DNA of 35,389 nt from Trueperaceae bacterium. Its GTDB lineage: Bacteria; Deinococcota; Deinococci; Deinococcales; Trueperaceae. The notes under the pieces were generated by a model. The model saw only the letters and a program-made list of their open reading frames with translations, ran no database searches and was not told where the DNA came from. The stretch lies in the NCBI GenBank assembly GCA_007130445.1, contig SLSM01000285.1, positions 1 to 35,389 of the forward strand. Direction: 5' to 3'. A program made the translations under genes and the position numbers. Of this stretch, positions 31,923 through 35,389 are shown one piece after another; within the stretch, counting starts at the first letter, position 1; each line of letters starts with the position of its first letter.

Positions 31923-32714
31923 ATGAGCGACATCGACGACTACCGAACGCTGTTCGACCTGGGCGGCCGGCACGCGCTCGTGATCGGTGGCGCATCGGGC
32001 ATCGGGGCCGAGAGCGCGCTCGGCCTCGCGGATCACGGGGCGCACGTCACGGTCGCCGACCTCTCGCGCGTGGCGGCGGACGCCACCGCGACTCGCATCC
32101 GCGCGCGTGGACGCAGCGCCGACGCGGTCGCGCTCGACATCACGGACGAGGCAGCCGTGAACCGTGTGATCGGCGACCTGGACGCGCTCGACGTGCTGGT
32201 ATGCACCCCTGCCGTCAACGTTCGCAAGCCGCTGCTGTCATACGAGACGGCCGAGTTCGACCGCGTGATCGACCTGAACCTGCGCGGCAGCTTCCACGTG
32301 ATGCGTGCCGCCGGCCGCCGCATGGCAGCCCAGGGCAGTGGCTCCATCGTCTTCTTCTCGTCGATCCGTGCGCAGGTGGTCGAGCCGGGTCAGGGCGTGT
32401 ACGCAGCGACGAAGGCCGGCACGCTGCAGCTGATCCGGGCGCTGGCTGCCGAACTCGGCCCGCTCGGCGTCCGCGCCAACGCGGTCGCCCCAGGCGTGGT
32501 CGAGACGCCACTCACGGCGCCCATCAAAGCGGATCCCGATTGGTACCGCGCCTACGCCGAGCGCTCTGCGCTGGGGCGCTGGGCGCAGCCCTCGGAGCTC
32601 GTGGGTGCGGTGGTGTTCCTGGCGTCCGACGCAGCCTCGTTCGTGACCGGCTCGCTGCTCTTGGTCGACGGAGGCTGGACCGCCGTCGACGGACGGTTCG
32701 CTCCGCCGCTGTGA
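31923..32714 (+). CDS. Short-chain dehydrogenase/reductase (SDR)
   Basis: GGASGIGAESAL cofactor motif, catalytic YAATKAG, and PGVVETPL. GGAGG lies 7 nt upstream of ATG. Confidence 0.88.
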   Translation: MSDIDDYRTLFDLGGRHALVIGGASGIGAESALGLADHGAHVTVADLSRVAADATATRIRARGRSADAVALDITDEAAVNRVIGDLDALDVLVCTPAVNVRKPLLSYETAEFDRVIDLNLRGSFHVMRAAGRRMAAQGSGSIVFFSSIRAQVVEPGQGVYAATKAGTLQLIRALAAELGPLGVRANAVAPGVVETPLTAPIKADPDWYRAYAERSALGRWAQPSELVGAVVFLASDAASFVTGSLLLVDGGWTAVDGRFAPPL

Positions 32715-33988
32715 GCGCCGGCGGCCTGGCCACGGACGCCGTGCTCGCGCTGGCCGAGGCGGCTGCGGCTGCCGTCGATGCGACGCGCGTCGTTCGCCTG
32801 ACGCAGGCGCTGGTGCGCGTGCGCAGCGTGTCCGACGCCGAGACCGGCGCCACCGAGGCTGCGTGCGCGCAGCTGGTCGTCGACGAGCTGCGTGCGTCCG
32901 GGCTCTCTCCAGTGGTCCAGGAGGTCGCTCCGGGCCGACCGAACGTGATCTGCGACTGGGCGGGAACCGGGTTCGACCCTGCGAAGGACCGCACGCTGAT
33001 GTTCGAGGGGCACACCGACGTGGTCACCGAGGGCGAGACGACACGTTGGACGCACGATCCGTTCGGCGCCGACCTGGTCGATGCCCCGGACGGCCAGCGC
33101 CTCTACGGGCGCGGCAGCGCCGACATGAAGGGCGGCGTGGCGGCCGCCATCGTCGCCCTCGAGGCGCTGCGCCTCGTCGCACCCGACATCGCCGGCCGCA
33201 TCCGCCTCGGGATCGTCGTCGACGAGGAAGGGATGATGCTGGGGATCAAAGACTTCATCGCCCGCGGCTGGGCCGACGACGTCGACGCGGCGATCGTGTG
33301 CGAACCTGAGGAACATGAACTGTGCCTGTTCCAGAAGAGTGCCATGCGCCTGCACGTGCACGTGAGCGGCGTCATGGCGCATGGGGCCATGCCGTACGCC
33401 GGCGTGAACCCCATCACAGGCCTGATGCGCTTCCTGAATGCCGTCCACGCCCTCCAGGCCGACGAGCAGGCGCGCCTCGGACCGCACGAGCACCTGGGGC
33501 TGCCGTGGATCACGCCGACCATCGTCCGCGCCCCGGCGCGCGGCGAGGCGCAGCTGAACGTGATGCCCGACGAGGCGTACGCGGCGCTGGACGTGCGCAC
33601 CGTGCCGGGTCAGGACCACGAGGCGCTCTACCGGGCGCTGAAGGGTGCCACCGACACCGTGGCACGTGGTACGCCCGACCTGTCCATCGAGCTCGACTGG
33701 TTCGAGAGCCGACCGTGGACGGAGACGCCTGCCGACGATCCGCTCGTGCGAGCCCTCGAGGTCGTGTACCCGCTCGTCTTCCAGCGCCCGGCGCGCTTCG
33801 GCGGCGTGCCCGGAGCGACCGATGGCACGTTCCTCCGCGCGACCGCGGGCGTGCCGATCGTGACGGTCGGTCCGGGTGACCGGACCATCCCACATCAGGT
33901 CGACGAGTTCGTCCGCACCGACGACGTGGTGCGCGCCGCGAGGTTGTACGCGGCGGCGGCGGTGGCCTACCTGGCGGGTGCGACGTGA
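32711..33988 (+). CDS. M20 family metallopeptidase (ArgE/DapE/ACY1-type deacylase)
   Basis: EGHTDVV, GRGSADMKGG, VVDEEG and GATDG motifs. GTG 32711 forms a GTGA overlap with the SDR stop. It is the last 426 codons of the 1032-aa track ORF. Confidence 0.85.
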   Translation: MSAGGLATDAVLALAEAAAAAVDATRVVRLTQALVRVRSVSDAETGATEAACAQLVVDELRASGLSPVVQEVAPGRPNVICDWAGTGFDPAKDRTLMFEGHTDVVTEGETTRWTHDPFGADLVDAPDGQRLYGRGSADMKGGVAAAIVALEALRLVAPDIAGRIRLGIVVDEEGMMLGIKDFIARGWADDVDAAIVCEPEEHELCLFQKSAMRLHVHVSGVMAHGAMPYAGVNPITGLMRFLNAVHALQADEQARLGPHEHLGLPWITPTIVRAPARGEAQLNVMPDEAYAALDVRTVPGQDHEALYRALKGATDTVARGTPDLSIELDWFESRPWTETPADDPLVRALEVVYPLVFQRPARFGGVPGATDGTFLRATAGVPIVTVGPGDRTIPHQVDEFVRTDDVVRAARLYAAAAVAYLAGAT

Positions 33989-34689
33989 GCTTCGGCGACT
34001 TCAGACGGGAGTTGATCGAGACCGCGCTCTCGCTCGCTCCGGCGATCCTGTTCATGGTCCTGGCGCAGGTCATCTGGCTGCGGCTGCCATGGGAGGAGTT
34101 CGGCCTGGTTCTGGTCGGCCTGGTGTGCACCGTCTTCGGCTTCGTGTTGTTCATCCAAGGCGCCAAGCTCGGTCTGCTGCCGCTCGGCCAGGGCATCGGC
34201 ACGGCGTTCATCGAGCGCGGGGCGGTCACACCGCTGCTGGTGTTCGGCTTCCTGCTCGGGATCGTGCTCACCGTGGCCGAGCCCGACGTGCGCCTGCTGA
34301 CGTTCCAGCTCGACGACATGTTCGGCGATACGGTGAACAGGACCGCGTTGATCGGCGCGGCCGCGCTCGGCCTCGGCATCTTCGCGGTGATGGCTTTGTT
34401 GCGCATCGCCCTGTCGTGGCCCATCCACTACGTCCTCATCCCGGGGTATGGACTGGCGATGGTCCTCGCGCTCTTCGCGGATGAGCTGACCGTCACCCAG
34501 GCGTTCGACATCGGCGCGGTCACCACCGGACCGATGACGGTGCCGTTCCTGATCGCGCTCGGCGTCGGCATCGCGTCGGTGCTCGGTAACCAGAGCCGAA
34601 TGCGCGCGAGCTTCGGGCTCATGGCGATCGGTTCCGTCGGCCCCGTGCTCATCGTCCTCGCCTGGGGTCTGCTGCGGGGCGCATCGTGA
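33985..34689 (+). CDS. DUF1538 family membrane protein
   Basis: Motifs GFVLFIQGAKLGLLPLGQGIG, AEPDVRLL and IPGYGLAMVLALF...FDIGAVTTGPMTVPF as recalled for DUF1538. GTGA overlap with the M20 stop. Confidence 0.7.
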   Translation: MSFGDFRRELIETALSLAPAILFMVLAQVIWLRLPWEEFGLVLVGLVCTVFGFVLFIQGAKLGLLPLGQGIGTAFIERGAVTPLLVFGFLLGIVLTVAEPDVRLLTFQLDDMFGDTVNRTALIGAAALGLGIFAVMALLRIALSWPIHYVLIPGYGLAMVLALFADELTVTQAFDIGAVTTGPMTVPFLIALGVGIASVLGNQSRMRASFGLMAIGSVGPVLIVLAWGLLRGAS

Positions 34690-35389
34690 GCCTCGACCTG
34701 TGGAGCACCGTGTCGCACGCGGCGCTGGAGGTGGTCGAGGCGACGCTCCCGGTGCTGGCGTTGATCGCCTTCTTCCAGTTCGTGGTCCTGCGCCGACCCG
34801 TGAACCAGCCGCGCTCCATCGTGACGGGCATCGCCATGGCGATGCTCGGCTTCTTCCTCTTCATCGTCGGCGCCAAGCTCAGCCTGATCCCCATGGGCGT
34901 GGCCATCGGAGAGGTCCTCGTCGACGCGCCGATGGCCGCGGTCCTCGGATTCGCCTTCATCCTGGGGGCGGCGGTCGCGTTCGCAGAACCGGCCGTGCGC
35001 ATCCTGGCGTTCGAGATCGACGAGGTCTCGGCCGGCTCGCTCCGCAAACGCCTGATATCGAGCGCAGTGGCGCTCGGTGTCGGCATCGCCGTCGTCGTGG
35101 CGGTGTTGCGCATCGTGCACGAACTGCCGCTCGCGGCCGTCATCGTGCCCGGTTACGCGCTCGCCATCGTCTTGACGCTGTTCACCCCACGTGACATGGT
35201 ACCCGCGGCGTTCGATGCCGGCGCCGTAGCCACGGGTCCGGTCGCCGTGAACTTCGTCCTGCCGCTCACCACCGGCATGGCCATCGCGCTGTGGGGCGAG
35301 GACGTGGGTGCGCTCGGGTTCGGCGTCGTCGGGATCATCGCGCTCGGACCGATCATCACCATGCTCGCGCTGAGCCTGTCGCTCCGCCG
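34686..35389 (+). CDS. DUF1538 family membrane protein, second paralog; 3' end beyond the window
   Basis: Not in the track because the frame is open to the window end. Own translation: VSLDLWSTVSHAALEVVEATLPVLALIAFFQF...GFFLFIVGAKLSLIPMGVAIG...AEPAVRIL...VPGYALAIVLTLF...FDAGAVATGPVAVNF. It is clearly paralogous to the preceding gene. GTGA overlap at 34686-34689. Confidence 0.7.
   Translation, partial: MSLDLWSTVSHAALEVVEATLPVLALIAFFQFVVLRRPVNQPRSIVTGIAMAMLGFFLFIVGAKLSLIPMGVAIGEVLVDAPMAAVLGFAFILGAAVAFAEPAVRILAFEIDEVSAGSLRKRLISSAVALGVGIAVVVAVLRIVHELPLAAVIVPGYALAIVLTLFTPRDMVPAAFDAGAVATGPVAVNFVLPLTTGMAIALWGEDVGALGFGVVGIIALGPIITMLALSLSLR

Noticed and set aside
30890-32710. N-terminal 607 codons of the 1032-aa plus-strand ORF (30890-33988)
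   Set aside because: This part is Arg/Pro/Gly-rich nonsense read out of frame through rluD and the SDR gene. Only the portion from GTG 32711 (M20 peptidase motifs) is credible.
1-35389. Other long alternative-frame ORFs in the track, for example 3447-4889(+), 3906-5024(-), 5331-7019(+), 7012-8133(-), 8606-10162(+), 12716-14185(+), 14613-16190(+), 17028-18035(+), 18698-20113(+), 23357-24751(-), 29188-30426(+), 30921-31883(-), 32552-33895(-), 33510-34424(-)
   Set aside because: Each overlaps a gene with clear family motifs in another frame or strand. Each has the Arg/Ala/Gly/Pro-biased composition typical of non-coding frames in high-G+C DNA.
1-35389. Search by eye for CRISPR arrays, tandem or interspersed repeats, tRNA/rRNA/tmRNA genes, transposase or integrase genes, and toxin-antitoxin or known defence genes
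   Set aside because: None was found. Intergenic spacers are almost all under 150 nt, and the single 284-nt spacer has no tRNA-like T-arm or cloverleaf. A computational repeat and ncRNA scan would still be needed to be certain.

Overview
Very G+C-rich (by eye about 70% or more), gene-dense chromosomal segment that reads as core genome of a diderm bacterium. The LptF/G/D-like envelope genes, SPOR protein, class II photolyase, long TrmB, DUF4388 protein and abundant leaderless-type promoters fit a Deinococcota-like lineage. Taxonomy cannot be fixed without a database search. I support 29 protein-coding genes, two of them cut by the window edges and therefore missing from the ORF track: an amidohydrolase at 1-1537(-) and a second DUF1538 protein at 34686-35389(+). 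I see no rRNA, tRNA, CRISPR array, transposase, integrase, or recognisable toxin or defence gene. No clear novel system stands out, and this does not look like an accessory island. Many long ORFs in the track (803, 807, 857 and 1032 aa among others) are wrong-frame or antisense artefacts of the G+C content. Many true starts lie well inside the longest ORF. The observations most worth follow-up are these. (1) An lptF/lptG/lptD-like operon ends in a translationally coupled 422-aa lipoprotein of unknown family. (2) A PAS-PAS-GGDEF-EAL protein has a first PAS domain that is clearly LOV-derived but lacks the photoactive Cys and flavin-phosphate contacts. Its GGDEF motif is RSGVF with an intact RxxD I-site. 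(3) A TANNNT box sits 5-7 nt upstream of at least ten start codons, including two divergent gene pairs whose whole intergenic spacer is just two -10 boxes. (4) An SDR - M20 peptidase - DUF1538 x2 operon is joined by three GTGA overlaps. (5) A P-loop 2-phosphoglycerate-kinase-like protein with three ATP-cone-like repeats is coupled to MazG and a CoA-type Nudix hydrolase. (6) An ABC-F ATPase carries an uncharacterised ~240-aa C-terminal extension.
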